A DNA stretch of 64,000 nt from Mobula hypostoma (Eukaryota). Below the pieces are notes generated by a model. It did no database searches, was not told where the DNA came from, and was given only the letters and a program-made list of their open reading frames with translations. This document shows, piece after piece, positions 27,185-41,156 of this stretch (its first letter is position 1; each line of letters begins with the position of its first letter). The translations under genes and the position numbers were made by a program. The stretch covers positions 56,236,001-56,300,000 of the forward strand of contig NC_086097.1 of NCBI RefSeq assembly GCF_963921235.1. The letters run 5' to 3'.

Positions 27185-29140
27185 TTCGGTTATACAATAC
27201 TTTGGTTAATTCAAACATTTGGAGTCATGTGTGCATTTCTGGTTACCCCATTGCAGGAACAATGTGGAAGCTTTGGAGGGAATGGAGGGAATGGGCTGCC
27301 TGGATCAGAGAGTATTAGCTATAAAAGTAGATTGGACATACTCGGACTGTTTTCTCCAGAACATCCGAGGCTGAGAAGTGACTTGATAAAAGAATATCAG
27401 GGTGGGCAAAGACTTACTCCCAGAATGGAAATATCAAATACTTGAGATAAGAGGGGAGAAAACGCAAAGAAGATTTATGAAATAAGTTTTCCTACCCAGA
27501 GCGGTAGGTGCCAAGGACACATTGCCAGGGGAAATGGTGAAAGGAGAAGGAGTAGCAATGGTTAAGAGGCATTCAGACAAGCAAGTGAGCATGCAGGCAA
27601 TGGAGGGGAATAGGCCACTTGCAAGCAGATGGGATTTGTTTGGATGAACATTATGGTTGGCATAGGTGTCATGGGCCAAAGGACCTGTTTCTGTGCTCTG
27701 ATGTTCTATGTTTAAAATACACCAATCAGGATAATATCTTACTTTCTTTTCCTCAACATTAAAAACTTGATTTTCAGAGTTATCTTGAAAGTCATTGAAG
27801 TTCATTTAACCATTTCTTTGAATCAGTTTAATACATTAGATAGAAGAAAGAATTATAAACGATGGTGCCCATGGGATGGCAGAATTGTGTTGGGCAGAAT
27901 AACCTTTTCTCAGACTGTATGATCCTATTATTGATTAGATCTTGTGAAGAAGCTTTATTTTGAAAAAGCTTCCGAGGTAACATTTTTCGTTATTTACTCT
28001 CAATTAACATATGGAATTTTGACTTTTTTTTAATTTAGAAGGAAGTTAACGCACAAACCTACAAAATATGTCTCATTTTAGCCATTGGGCATAGCGTGAT
28101 AACTCCCTTAGTAAATAAAGTGAGATCTGGGGAAGTTAAACATTATGTTGTAGAAAAAGTTTCTGTTGAGGAATTAATAAATTTGTACTTACTTCTCTGG
28201 AAGGACACACATTTAAAATTATATTCAGTAAATAATAAATCAATTATGCAGAACATGATATATATGACAGAATTAAAACATTAAAACAATCCTCACTGTA
28301 TATTTTCCTAACCTAACTCAATTCACAACCATAATGCAAAATTCACTTTTTGCAATACAATGCATTAGCAATTATTATTGTTAATCATTACAAAAACCAA
28401 TATGCATTTATTTTGAGAGTTACTTTAACATTCCATTCAGTTGCAGAAGAATGCTTTATTTTAATAATATTTTACCTCCTGTAGCTAGGATTTATAGATC
28501 TCCTCATTGATACAATTATTTGGATCGGCCTTAAAAATGCCACAAAGAACACCATCAATTATTATAACAAGGAAACAAGGACTCTATATACCTCATCAGA
28601 TTTAATTACTTTTTAACTGATATTTGTAATAGTTTTTCATGTGATTCCTAAATTATCAGTTGTGTTATGGTTACAGTCTTACATTAAAATCACACAAGAA
28701 ATCAAAAGTGAGAAGGCACCTTTGCGGTTCTATGGTGCTAATTTTACATTTGATTTCATGCATGGTGGGGAATGTAAAAACATGTCAATGGGCCATTTAA
28801 ACAGCAACATAAGACCAAAAACAATCTATAGCAAACTTCTGCCAATGTCAGTAGATTGTCTAAATTTGACAATGACTTTCTCATGTATTAAATTGGAGAA
28901 CTTTCAAAGACTTATTCTGGAATACATCATAAAACCTGTTCAAGAACAAGCTCATTCACATAAACTTCTTGTTTACAATGATACCTCTCTAAATACAGTG
29001 GCAAAACTTAGTTAATTCCTTATAGAGTTGAATTGAGAATTGCTTTCTATTTAAAAATACAAACCAACAAATGGCAGGCAGGGTGTGACAAGCACTCAGT
29101 TTGGCAATCTGCCTGCTTCTGATAGAGCTCTGCATTAGTC

Positions 29141-29177
29141 CACTGCGCCCTCTAGTGGGTTGCTTGGTTCATTGCAG
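29141..29177 (-). promoter_or_regulatory. CTCF-binding motif with upstream TGCA element
   Basis: Minus strand CTGCAATGAACCAAGCAACCCACTAGAGGGCGCAGTG is a near-consensus CTCF core (CCACYAGRGGGCGC), in apparently unique sequence. Confidence 0.65.
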
Positions 29178-32100
29178 TTTATTTTAAAAACTTGCATTCA
29201 CGGGTTAAAATTGAAATTTTGTTTTGCAATGGTGCCGTTTTGACACTGCTCTACCCTATTCAAGAATTTCTAGCTTCAAGAGAAAATATATTGTGCTGTA
29301 CGGTGTCCTTTAACAAAAATACGTGAACTAAAATAAGCTGCTACCAACACCAATTAGTATCTAGAAATAGCACAGACTTCAAACTTTAAAAATCACATAT
29401 TTACAAAGGATCTGATAATTCACAGCTAATAGAGTGTATCATAATTAGGAGAAATATCAGGGACTTAGTGGATCCATCATCCATTGCGCTATACATATAT
29501 GTCAACTGTTGTAAGATTTTATTGTATAGACGTGGCTTTTTGGCCTCACCTTAGGCTCCTATCATTCATCTCCATAGAATGATCTAATGGCTCTGGAATT
29601 CATGACTGCTGGACTGTAGACTAACTCTCTAGTGAATATACTGCCATCAAAATGCGCTCTTCATTGATGCTTTACTTTCTATAGAATTACAGGATCGAAT
29701 ATTCTGTGTTACAAGCAATCTGAACAGCAAAGTATTGCTGACATTTTTCTTTATGCTGGATATCTTCCCTCTCCAGCCTCTGTCTTGACGCAGGATTTCA
29801 GCTCGAAACATTGACACTTCCTTTCCCCCCATAGATGCTGTTCAATGAGCTTTTCCAACAGATTGTTTCTTGCTCTGGATTCCAGAATCTATAGTCTCTT
29901 GTGTCTCTATTTTTATGTGTTATGGTGATTTTTAAAGGCCCACTAGGTTAGGTTTCTTCCTCCTTAGTAAAGCAATAGATTTGAGTTTCTGTTTTTTCTA
30001 GTCTTGCTAATATATAAATGGTTCATTCATTTTGAAGGAACCTGAGGCCAGTTCCATGTTCTCTGACTAGGTGGAACTGAAGATTTAGCTTTGCTTTGCA
30101 AAGTCATTAATTGGTTTAGCTCAGATATTTATTTTCTGGTGCCTTTCTCCCACCCAAGTGGCCCATTCACAAGATTGTATCGTACTACTGACGGTCTCAA
30201 GTTCAGCATTGTTTGGATTATGGGGGTCAGACTACAACTTCACAGTTACTTGAATTTCCAGATCTTGGAATTAAAAGGTTAAAACCTGAGAAAATCTAAA
30301 CAATTAATATAAAATAGATAAGATGAAAAAACAGATGGAAGCACATTTCAATACCAATGACTGCATCACCACAAAATTAAAATACCTGAAAGAAGATTTT
30401 AAGAGGCGTTTAGACTGACACAGGGATAGGCAGGGAATTGAGGGATCTTGACCACGTGCAGGTAGACGGAATTACTTAGATAGGTGTCAAGCTCAGCACA
30501 GACTCTATGGGCCAAAGAGCCCATTCCTGTACTATGCTGTTTTATACTCTATGTTCGATGTTCACCATATAAAAAATTATGCACAATTTTCCTGATCCAA
30601 TTTGTCCGATATTTTGTGAACAAGGCTGAACAATTTACCTTGTTTTGGCCTTCAAGGGAATTTTTTTTTACCAAAATGTCTACATTCACTAAATACCTGA
30701 GAGTCTATAATGTAAAAAAAAGTTTATATCCATTTAAAGTTGGTTCTCCCCAAGTACTCTTGATTCAAAACATGAACTATGCACTTTTATTCCAGTTCCT
30801 CATATAATACTTTTAACAGTATTTTAAACAATAGAGATACGAGATCCGAAATAACTCACTGGAGTTCCAAAAAAAAATATTGTTCAAGTATATCACTGTT
30901 ACTACTAAGGATTCAAGTGCCTTTTACAAAATACATCAGGAGCTTCTGCATTGGACCCTGCATTAAGAGCTAAAGTAATGTTGCCATTGCTCACCATGAT
31001 TAGAGAGAATTGGACAGCCAGTTGTAATATCTGCTCAGGAATCGTTAAGTGTGATCGAGATTGTCATATCATCTACAGGAGTCATATAGCACCTGATCTA
31101 TAAACGTCTATGCTGAGGTGATTCAAGTGTTAGTGTAAATATTACATGCTGCACTGGTATCTACCTATGCCACTCAGGCAGAGTACTCCCCCTCAGGGTG
31201 AAAAATTCTTCCTCAGAAACTCGTAAAGGCAATTATGTTCCCATGAAATGTAAAGCAATATAGTACATTTTAAACATTGCTAAACTAATGCACAGAACAG
31301 CATAGGTGCACTCATTCAGAATTTTAAAATATTGCATTTATCTTTTCTTTTTGTCCCGTTTATTCTTTTTATTAACCCTATCTTTCTTTCCATCACTTTC
31401 TGTGGGTGATTTTACTTTGAATTTAATATTCTAATTTTTACATCTTGGCTGAATGATACCTTAGTCTAAATGGAGAGCCAGATGCCACCCTAAAAATGAA
31501 CACTTTGCTGGGGTAAGTTGTTGCATAGATCTGTGGGCATCTTTCATGATGAATGGAAAGTGTCATTCCTTTATAGCTGTCCGAAAAATCTAGCCCATCG
31601 TCTTTATAATGGTTACTTTTGATTTCATTGAATAGCATTGTTCCAGTATTAGTGAAGTTCCATTAGCCAGTGGTTTAGACAATTGATATCAAATGCTTTT
31701 TTGACATTATACCTTTTTGTGTTTCCATAATATTCCTTTTTGGGAATATGTATAGTGCTGGTATGGCTAGCACTAATGGACTATCCCATCGAATTGTCTT
31801 CGCAGACACAAGTAATAGTACATCGAGAAGCCAGTGATATTTGACTAACCTTAACGTAATATTCAACAGACCAATATTCACCAGTATCTGAAAAATATGC
31901 TAAAATATCAATTACTTTACAGTTATTACTTGTATTAATGAGACCAATACCATTTGCCTTTATATATACAGACATGCCTCAGCGGCTCAGGCAAGGAGAA
32001 GATGCTTTATTAAACATGGAGATCCATAAATTTTCATACAAGAGGTAATATTCTACAGTGAACTTCCGGGAAACAACATCCGCTGCTGAAATACAGTGAA

Positions 32101-35100
32101 TATTGCAAAGTTGCTAAACCTGTGAAGCATGAACTACATTTGGCTACTTTATTATTAGTATATTTTATATCTCTTTCTAGTACTTAAAATTAGCTACTGC
32201 AGCTGTGGAGTTTCACTTCTTTGTGTTTTGGTCAATGCAGATGTAAAAAAAAGGGTTAAGACCTTATAAACATTTTATCTCCGTGTCTCAATTTCTCTTC
32301 TTGTACCTCGTTTAACAATTAATTTTAATTTTGTAATTCTTCATTCTGGTTGATGCACCTTTATCAATTTGGACTTTCAACAAATTGCCAGGCAAAGTCG
32401 GGCAAACCTAATGATTTTAGATGGTGCCAGGTCATTCCTACTTCAAATTATGAGATAATGTTCTCTTTGTCTACAGTTAGCTTCCAAAGCATAGGTATGA
32501 TTTGGATTTCATATTGCCACATCATCAGATGATGAATTTTGTGATTTATGATCTTACATTCCTGTTGAATGAAAAATAGAGGCTCTTCTGTTCAGTTATA
32601 ACAATGTTAAAGTTCGGTTTAATATTGCCAGCATTTTACACCGTTCTTCGGTACTTTTCAGCTGCACCAATACAGGCAATAATAAACAGACTTTTAGTAT
32701 TGAAGCAGTATTAATAACCTGTTAGGCAAATTACTTACAACCTTTGTGCATTCTGTTCATGAAGTTCTTTTGGAAATAGATTTTCCATCAGTAAGTACTG
32801 TGTTGCTGCTGGTACTCACTCTGATGCAATAAAATCTAGTGGAACTAAGACCTAAACCAATCATTCATCACAAGGCGAGACCCTTCTGACTCTCAGCCTC
32901 ACCTGCTTCCTGAACTGGAAGCTCATAAAGAAACTTCACTGAAAGAAGCCTTAAAGTGAAATTTTAACCAAACTAACCCTTTATATTAGAGATCTGAACT
33001 CTGATTGAGAACAATAAGTGTTCTGAGTTGCCAGTGTAGTCTCCTTAAATCCCTCTGCCGTATATACATTTCAAATTTAGCTTCATAGTATATGGAGGTT
33101 CTGCAGCAGGTGCACCATATCCATTTCTGTGCAGGATAGGGGAGGTTTGTTTGCTTTGTAACTAAAGATGTAAGTGCAGGGTGCAGGTGCCACTTCTGAC
33201 TCACTCCTGTTACCTCTTCACAAGACCACTGGCAGAAGCTGAATTGAATTGAAGGTGACGAGAAATGAAGTCCACGAGGCAAAATTAATTTCCAAAAAAA
33301 AGAAACCTGCAGACTGTCTTACTGAGCTTCCCTTCAGGAAGACTGTAACAAAGTCAGACTGGTGACGACAAATACTTTCAGCACACCGGATGTGGCAGCT
33401 GCAAGAATTAATTAGTCCCATTACGTTTGCCTCCCTGTGCTGTGCAATGGGAGGCAAAGCCTTTGCCTTCCCTGCTTTGCTAATATTCTTTCCTGAGCTA
33501 GTTGACATATCGTTCTGTACTACAGAGAGCCACTTCTGAGGTTTGAAAGTTATTTTTATATTTGGTCCCATCAAGAAGCACTGTGCACACATTAACCTTT
33601 GCTGGGTGTAATTAAAGTGAACATTAAGAAAGTAAGGAACCGTGAAATTATTAAGTCCTTTATCATATTCAGCTATTGCCTCTCTATGTCATGCATGTTT
33701 TACCCTAAGTTATGTCATTTAATCTAATTAGCATCAGAGATACCAACTGAACATTAAAACTTCATTAAGTACTGTTTCAATTTAGCCAGATTCTTACATC
33801 ATATCTATCTAGTATCAACTGCTGCCATCTCTTCACAACTTCTTGAAAACAGCTTGAATTTGTATGTGTGCATGGATAGTTTTTTTAATCCACAAGAAAT
33901 CTTGTACTTTTCTTTTAGAAAATACTCTGATTTTTTGCCCACCATTTGTAATCATTGCACCTCTCCCCACTTCCCTTCCAATCCACTTGCCCCTCCACCC
34001 CACTACCACCAACATTATAAAATGTAATTTAAAATAATTAAGCATAAGCAACGAAGGTTTAACAAAATGGAAAGTACATATCTCAAGAAAGGGAAGTAAA
34101 ATTATGAGGAATGACTTGAGATACAGGATTATTCACTGAAGAAGAATCCTAAAAGGGTTTGTTTTCCACATGGAGGATGTTCATAGAGTGAAGTGAGAAA
34201 AAACTAGTCCTTTTGGTAATGAAGTGAGTGACGGGGTTCATCAATTTAAAATAACTGCTGAGCAATAGAAAGGAGGTTAGGTGAAACCTGTTTCTGCATA
34301 GGGTTATTGGAAAGCTTTTACTGCATATGTCAACAAATTATTTTATCTGGCAGAGCTATGGAGGGAGTACTGGAAGTCAGTAAAGATTTTAAGTTCTTCA
34401 GTGAAGTAGGAAAATAATGAATAGCCTTTTATTGTATTCTAAACCTTCCTGGTCTTTTCATGAAAACTTCATGTAAAATAGGATGCAGTGCTTGAAAGGG
34501 AAGGTCCAACTGAAGCTGCTGAGGCAGCTGTTAACGATTAATGAACTCGACACAAATCCCACAGTGATACTAAAACGTTGTTCCAAATGGAGTATGGTCT
34601 TATAAGATGAGAAATCACATTTTCATGTTCACTGACGACACGACAGTGGTGGGGCTCATCACCAACCACAATGAGATGGCCTACAGAGAGGAGGTGGACG
34701 AGCTCAAGGCCTGATAGATAACCTCCTCTTCAATGTCAACAAGATAAAGGAGATGGTTATCGACCTTACAGGACATCGCACAACTCTCACCCCCTTTACA
34801 TCAGCAGTGGAAACTGTGAGCAGTTTCAAACTCCTGGGAGTGCACATCTCGCACAACTTCTCATGGTACCAGAACACATTCTACTCATCAGGAAAGTTCA
34901 GCAACACCTCTACTTTCTGAGGATGCTGAAGAGAGCTGAACATTGCCTATCTATACTCATGTCCTTCCACAGATGTGCAGTAGAGAGCATCCCAACATGC
35001 TGCATCACTGCATGTACAGAAGCTGAACGTAGTGGACAGGAAGGCTCTACAATGGGTAGTTAAAATTGCCCAATGCATCAGCAGCACAAGCTACCTGCCA

Positions 35101-35267
35101 TCAAAGACATATTTACAGTAAGGCTGGGAAAAGGCCAAAAACATCATGGAGGTTCCCACGCGCCCTGCTCATGGACTGTTTATCCCACTCCCCTCAGGAG
35201 GAGGCTGTATAGAATCCACACCAGGACCACCAGACTCAAAAACAGTTACTTTCCTCAAGCAGTAAGG

Positions 35268-35930
35268 CGGGAGGAGATGGCAGCGACGCGACGCAGCTCA
35301 CAGCGGCCACTCCGGTGAATGATATCTGTTATCTGTCAAGTCGGGTGCTGTGCACAATCCTGATTTGATGGAGACAGATGTGAGAGAACAGAGGAACATC
35401 TGTGAAACTTCTGAAATGCCTTTTTCGCTGCTGCTGCTACTGTGCAATCGAGAATCTCCGGAGGTGAAGGCCCCGAATCCTCGGCTTTGCTTGTTGCTCA
35501 GTGGCTGGGGCGGGGTCAAAGCGTTCAGCAGAGATGGTGCTCAGTGCTCAGTGTCGGAGGGCTGGTCGGAGGCTCGAAGTTCTCGGACGCACTCAGAGTC
35601 GGCTGCGGTCGGGTGCTTCCAATGCATCAGCAAGTTTGTGGCGCTTGGAATTCATGGCAGGGAGAGTTTCTCCCTTCTACCGTCTGCATGAGATGATGGG
35701 GCTATCAGGACTTCAGACTTTTTTTCTATCGTGCCCATGGTCTGCTCTTTATCAAATTATGGTATTGCTTTGCACTGTTGTAATTATTTGGTTTTGTCAG
35801 TTTTAGTCTTGGTTTGTCCTATGTTTCTGTGATATCTTTCTGGAGGAACATTGTATCATTTTTTAATGCATGCATTTCTAAATGACAATAAACAAGGACT
35901 GAGTGTCCTCATAATCTAATCTAATCTAAT
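35268..35930 (+). mobile_element. Non-coding retroposon, family A, copy 3
   Basis: Starts GGGAGGAGATGGCAGCG and ends ...CTCATAATCTAATCTAATCTAAT. Interrupts the Rex sequence at gcagtaaggc / atcaacacc. Confidence 0.82.
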
Positions 35931-36085
35931 CAACACCTCCACCCACTAGACACCCCTCCACATTCCCCTCCACCTCTGCTTTATTATTTCCTGTTAGAAG
36001 CACCTTATTTATAGACACTCCTGTACCTAGTGTCACTTTATGGACATGCAATCATCTATGTGTATATGCTACCTTATGTATTTAT

Positions 36086-37826
36086 ATAGAAACATAGAAA
36101 CATAAAAAAACAACAGCACAATACAGGCCCTTTGGCCCATGATGCTGTGCCGAACATGTACTTACTTTAGAAATTACCTAGGGTTACCCATAGCCCTCTA
36201 TTTTACTAATCTCCATGCACCTATCCAGGAGTCTCTTAAAAGACCCTATTGTATCCACCTCCTCCACCATCGTTGGCAGCCCATTCCATGCATTCATCAC
36301 TCTCTCTGTAAAAAACTTGCCCCTGACATCTCCTCTGTACCTACTTCCTAGCACCTTAACACTGTGCCCTCTCATGTTAGCCATTTCAGCCCTGGGAAAA
36401 AACTCTGACTATCCACATGATCAATGCCTCTCATCATCTTATACACCTTTATCAGGTCACTTCTCATCCCCCGTTGCTCCAAGGAGAAAAGGCCAAGTTC
36501 ACTCAACCTATTCTCATAAGGCATGCTTCCCAATCCAGGCAACATCCTTGTAAATCTCCTCTGCACCCTTTCTATAGTTTCCACATCCTTCCTGGAGTGA
36601 GGTGACCAGAACTGAGTACAGTACTCCAAATGGGGGTCTGACCAGGGTCCTATAAAGCTGTAACATTACCTCTCAGCTCTTAAACTCAATCCCATGGCTG
36701 ATGAAAGCCAATGCACCATATGCTTTCTTAACCACACACAGTCAACCTGCGCAGCAGCTTTGAGTGTCCTATGGACTCGGACCCCAAGATTCCTCTGATC
36801 CTCCACACTGCCAAGAGCCTTACCATTAATACTATATTCTGCCACATTATTTGACCTACCAAAATGAACCACTTCATACTTATCTGGGTTGAATTCCATC
36901 TGCCACTTCTCAGCCCAGTTTTGCATCCTATCAATGTCCCGCTGTAACTTCTGACAGCCCGACACACTATCCACAACACCCCCAACCTAGGTGTCACCAG
37001 CAAATTTACTGGCCCATCTCCATCCAAGTCATTGATAAAAATCACGAAGAGAAGGGGTCCCAGAACAGATCCTTGAGGCACACCACTGGTCACCAACCTC
37101 CATGCAGAATATGACCCATCTACAACCACTCTTTGCCTTCTGTAGGCAAGCCAATTCTGGATCCACAAAGCAATGTCCCCTTGGGTGCCATGCCTCCTTA
37201 CTTTCTCAATAAGCCTTGCATGGGGTACCTTATTAAATGCCTTGCTGTAATCCATATACACTATATCTACAGCTCTACCTTCATCAGTGTGTTTAGCCAC
37301 ATCCTCAAAAAAATCAATCAGGCTCGTATGGCACAAGCTGCCTTTGTCAAAGCCATGCTGACTATTCCTAATCATAGTATGCCTCTCCAAATGTTCATAA
37401 ATCCTGCCCCTCTGGATCTTCTGCATCAACTTACCAACCACTGAAGTAAGACTCACTGGTCTATAATTTCCTGGGTTATCTCTACTCCCTTTGAATAAGG
37501 GAACAACATCTGCAACCTTCCAATCCTCTGGAACCTCTCCTGTCCTCATTGATAATGCAAAGATCATTGCCAGAGGCTCAGCAATCTCCTCCCTCACCTC
37601 CCACAGTAGCCTGGGGTATATCACATCCGGTCCCAGTGACTTATCCAACTTGCTGCTTTCCAAAAGCTCCCGTACATCCTCTTTCTTAATGTCTATATGC
37701 TGAAGCTTTTCAGTCCACTGTAAGTCATCCTTACAACCGCCAAGATCCTTTTCCACGCTATCTCCTCCAGTTCCATACACACTTCTCCACAGTCACACTT
37801 GGTTGGTCCTGTTCTCTCACGTCTTA
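36086..37826 (-). mobile_element. 5'-truncated CR1 LINE
   Basis: ORFs 36728-37780, 36666-36974, 36372-36629 and 36184-36384 are CR1 ORF2 pieces. (TTTCTATG)n tail. A deletion disrupts the region just before the FADD motif. Confidence 0.93.
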
Positions 37827-38229
37827 AATGGTGCTTTTTCAATTATTGTGTTTTTTTTACCTTATTGGTGTTTTTTTGTGCTGCTTCACATTCAGAGTAA
37901 CAATTATTTTGTTTTTGTTTACACTTGTGTACTGGAAATGCTGTTAAACATTCTTAAATTTTGAATCTTGAGGATACAATCATTGAAAACCAAGTGAGAG
38001 GAAGAAACTAAACTCTATAGTGTACTGAAAGCTGATAAAACAGGATGGATTGACCAATAGATAGATTCAGAAATATAATCCAATTTTGACAGTTCACTCT
38101 GCTGGGTGGGACAAACCCAGATGAAAATTAGGACTTCTCCGAAAATTATCACCAAACATTTTGCATCACCTTTAAGCAACATACAAAAAACAAACATCTC
38201 ACAGGTCACGAGAGAGCTTGAGAATGGTA

Positions 38230-38785
38230 GAATCTCCCAGGGGCCATCCATTTTAATTCCACTTCCCATTCCCATTACGATGTGTCAATCCATGTCCTCC
38301 TCTACTGTCATGATGAGGCCACACTCAGGTTGGAGGAACAACACCTTACATTCTGTTTGGGTCACCTCCAACCTGATGACATGAACATCGATTTCTCAAA
38401 CTTCCAGTAATGCCCCACCCCTTCACTATTCCCCATTCCCTTTACCCTCTCTCATCTATCTCCTGTTTGCCCTTTGCCTCCCTCTCATGTTCCTCCCCCC
38501 CCCCTTTTCCCTTACCATGGTCTACTGTTCTCTCCTGTCCGACTACCCCTTCTCCAGCCCTGTATCTCTTTCACCAATCAACTTCCCAGCTCTTCACTTC
38601 ATCCCTCCCCCTCCCAGTTTCACCTATCTCCTTGTGTTTCTCTCTCCCCTCCCCCAACTTTTAAATCTACTCCTCATCTTTTTTTTTCCAGTCCTGCCAA
38701 AGGGTCTCAGCCTGAAATGTCAACTGTACTTTTTTCCATAGATACTGCCTGGCCTGCTGAGTTCCTCCAGCATTTTGTGTGTTCC
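38230..38785 (+). mobile_element. Penelope-like 3' fragment
   Basis: Homologous to 12590-13090: end of GIY-YIG region, C/T-rich UTR and degenerate hammerhead-like motif. Confidence 0.8.
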
Positions 38786-39084
38786 TTAATTTGTGGCAGT
38801 GTTGAACTTCATCAATGGTATCTACATACACCAAGAGGTGGCGGCAAGGTGTGGGAAAAGGTCCACAGTTTTCAAGGTATCGTCATGACATTTTATTGTC
38901 AGAGTGCAGTGGAGACAAGTTGGCAAATGACTTTGGTCTTGTTCAGCTTGAGTCCAAAGCCCATCATCTCATATACTTCAGTGAAGGATTCAATCATTTT
39001 TGATGCTTTCTCTCTGAGTGTGCAAAAACTCCAGCATTATCTGCATATTGCAATTCGACCTTGTTTCCGGAATGCAATCATTAT

Positions 39085-39610
39085 ACACTCAGTGTCTTTC
39101 TATACGTTCACGGTCTTCTGCTGTTGTAGCCCATCCACCTCAAGGTTTGACATGATGTGCATGCAGAGATGCTCTTCTGCACACCACTGCTGTAATGTGT
39201 GGTTATCTGAATTACTCACACCAGCTTGAACCAGTCCAGCCATTCTCCTTTGACCTCTCTCATTAACAAGGTATTCTTGCTCACAGAAATGACCTCACTG
39301 GATGGTTTATATATTTTTTTTTAGTTTTGCACCATTATCTGTAAACTCTAGAGACTGCTGTGTGTGAAAACCCCAGGAGATCAGCAGTTTCTTAGACACT
39401 CAAACCATCTCATCAAGCACTGACAATTATTCCACAGTCAAAGTCACTTAGATCTCATTTCTTCCCAATTCTGATGTTGATCTGAACAACAGCTGAACCT
39501 TCTGACCATGTCTGCTTTATGCATTGATTTGCTGCCACATGACTGGCTGATTAGATATTTCCATCAATGAGCAGGTGTACAGGTGTACCTAATAAAGTGG
39601 ACAATAAGTA
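39085..39610 (-). mobile_element. Non-autonomous Tc1-like element, second copy
   Basis: Colinear with 18380-18897. Right TIR GGTGTACCTAATAAAGTGG; left TIR partly deleted. Confidence 0.82.
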
Positions 39611-40014
39611 GAGGCTATACAGTTTTCCATCACTTCCATTTCCAGAGAATTCTTGTTAGTTGAGAAGCAACATAGCAGCAAGGAAGATCAAATTAAGTTT
39701 GGGAAAATGGTGCTGCTGAATGTGACACCAGTCTGGAGACTGATTCTGTAGTAACTCCAAAGGTTACTATCATGGCATACATGGCGTAGTGGAGCAGATG
39801 TCAGACAGAGATGAGTTAATATCCAGAAATCTATCGATCTCTGTTTTGAATAAACTCAATGCCTGAGCCTCCACAGCCCTGTGATTTTGGTAGATACATC
39901 ACTAAATAAAGGAGGAAGTGTGGTGATAAATTTAAAATTGCCTTGATTACTTATTAGGAAGGTGTTGGTAGATCATTTCAACAGAATTGCAGAGGATTTT
40001 GCAAATTTAATTAG

Positions 40015-40292
40015 TTATTGCTTCTTCCACCTATCAACTCCCAGCTTCATTGTCCATCCTCCTACCTTCAGCCTCACCGGGCCTCACCTATCACTTTCTA
40101 GGTTGTATCCTTCCCCTCCCCCACTTTCTTATTCTGGCTTCTTCCCCTTTCCTTTCCAGTCATGATGAAACGTCTTGGCCCAAAGCGTTGTCTTATTTCC
40201 TTTTCATTGATGCAGCCTGACCTACTGAGTTCCTTCAGATCTTGTGTGTTTTACTCTGGATTTCCAGCATCTGTAGAATCCCTTGTATTTAC
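40015..40292 (+). mobile_element. Penelope-like 3' UTR fragment
   Basis: Same terminal sequence as the other Penelope copies (...gatttccagcatctgtagaatc). Confidence 0.7.
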
Positions 40293-40966
40293 AGAATTGA
40301 ATATTATTTTTGCCTTTTAACTGAAATAAAGGACATATTGCCAAGAGGGATTGCAGTAAAGATATGACAGGTTGGTTTCTGGGTAGGTAATTTGCTATGT
40401 TCAGTAGCCAAGGCCTGTATCTAGAGTTCAGGAGAATGGGAGGAGATCTCATTGAAACTTACAACATTCTTATAGGAGAGGATTTTGTAGAGTAGATGCT
40501 TCCCCCGACTGAGCAGTCCAGAGCTCGCGCATTGGACTGTGATAAGGAAAGTATTCTTCATTCAGGGGATGGCGAATCTTTGAAATTTTCTCCAGCACAG
40601 GCTGTGGAGGCTCTGTCACTGAGTTCAATCGAAACAAAGATTGATAGATTTCTGGGTATAAGTGCATTAAGATGTTTACTGTAGGTAGTCGAGGGTCACA
40701 GGTGCATATTACTGTAGAGGGAAACAGTCCTTTCCTACACTGGTATTAATCTTTGTAATCTTTCTTGTCACATCTCGATTTAATTAATTTCCTTGAATTT
40801 TTGTTATTATGGAATTATTTCCAGAGGGACACTGAAAAACTTGAAATAACCCTCCACTTTCCTCTGAGCAAGTCAAGTGTGCACTCACTGCCTTGATTGT
40901 AGCTGTTCAGATGCCTAAATGATGCTATAAGTTCAAAACTCCATATCAACTCTAAGAAAGCAGCAA

Positions 40967-41156
40967 AATTAATGATTTATAGGTGCATCCTGGGAAGTAT
41001 GGATAAATTGACGGTTACTTCCCAGGGTGCACATATAAGTCATTAATTGTCTTCAATTAATGGAAGCCTGAAGTCTCTCCCTTGGGACTCTTTAGGCGTC
41101 CATTAATTGTAGACAATTTATGATTTGCATGTGCATCCTGGGAAGTAACCGTCAAT
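40967..41156. repeat. Imperfect 150-bp palindrome (41007-41156) plus an extra partial arm (40967-40999)
   Basis: ATTGACGGTTACTTCCCAGGGTGCAC... pairs with ...GTGCATCCTGGGAAGTAACCGTCAAT around a very small loop. Confidence 0.9.

Larger units (their letters stand above)
34620..37970 (+). mobile_element. Rex1/Babar-type LINE 3' half, split by family A (35268-35930) and CR1 (36086-37826) insertions
   Basis: Reads FTDDTTVVGLITN...QQHLYFLRMLKRA...TTRLKNSYFPQAVR. The 3' UTR resumes at 35930-36085 and 37830-37970. Confidence 0.85.

Noticed and set aside
38474..39229. 251-aa ORF
   Set aside because: Runs through a Penelope UTR, unique sequence and a Tc1 relic, with a non-ATG start and no recognisable domain.
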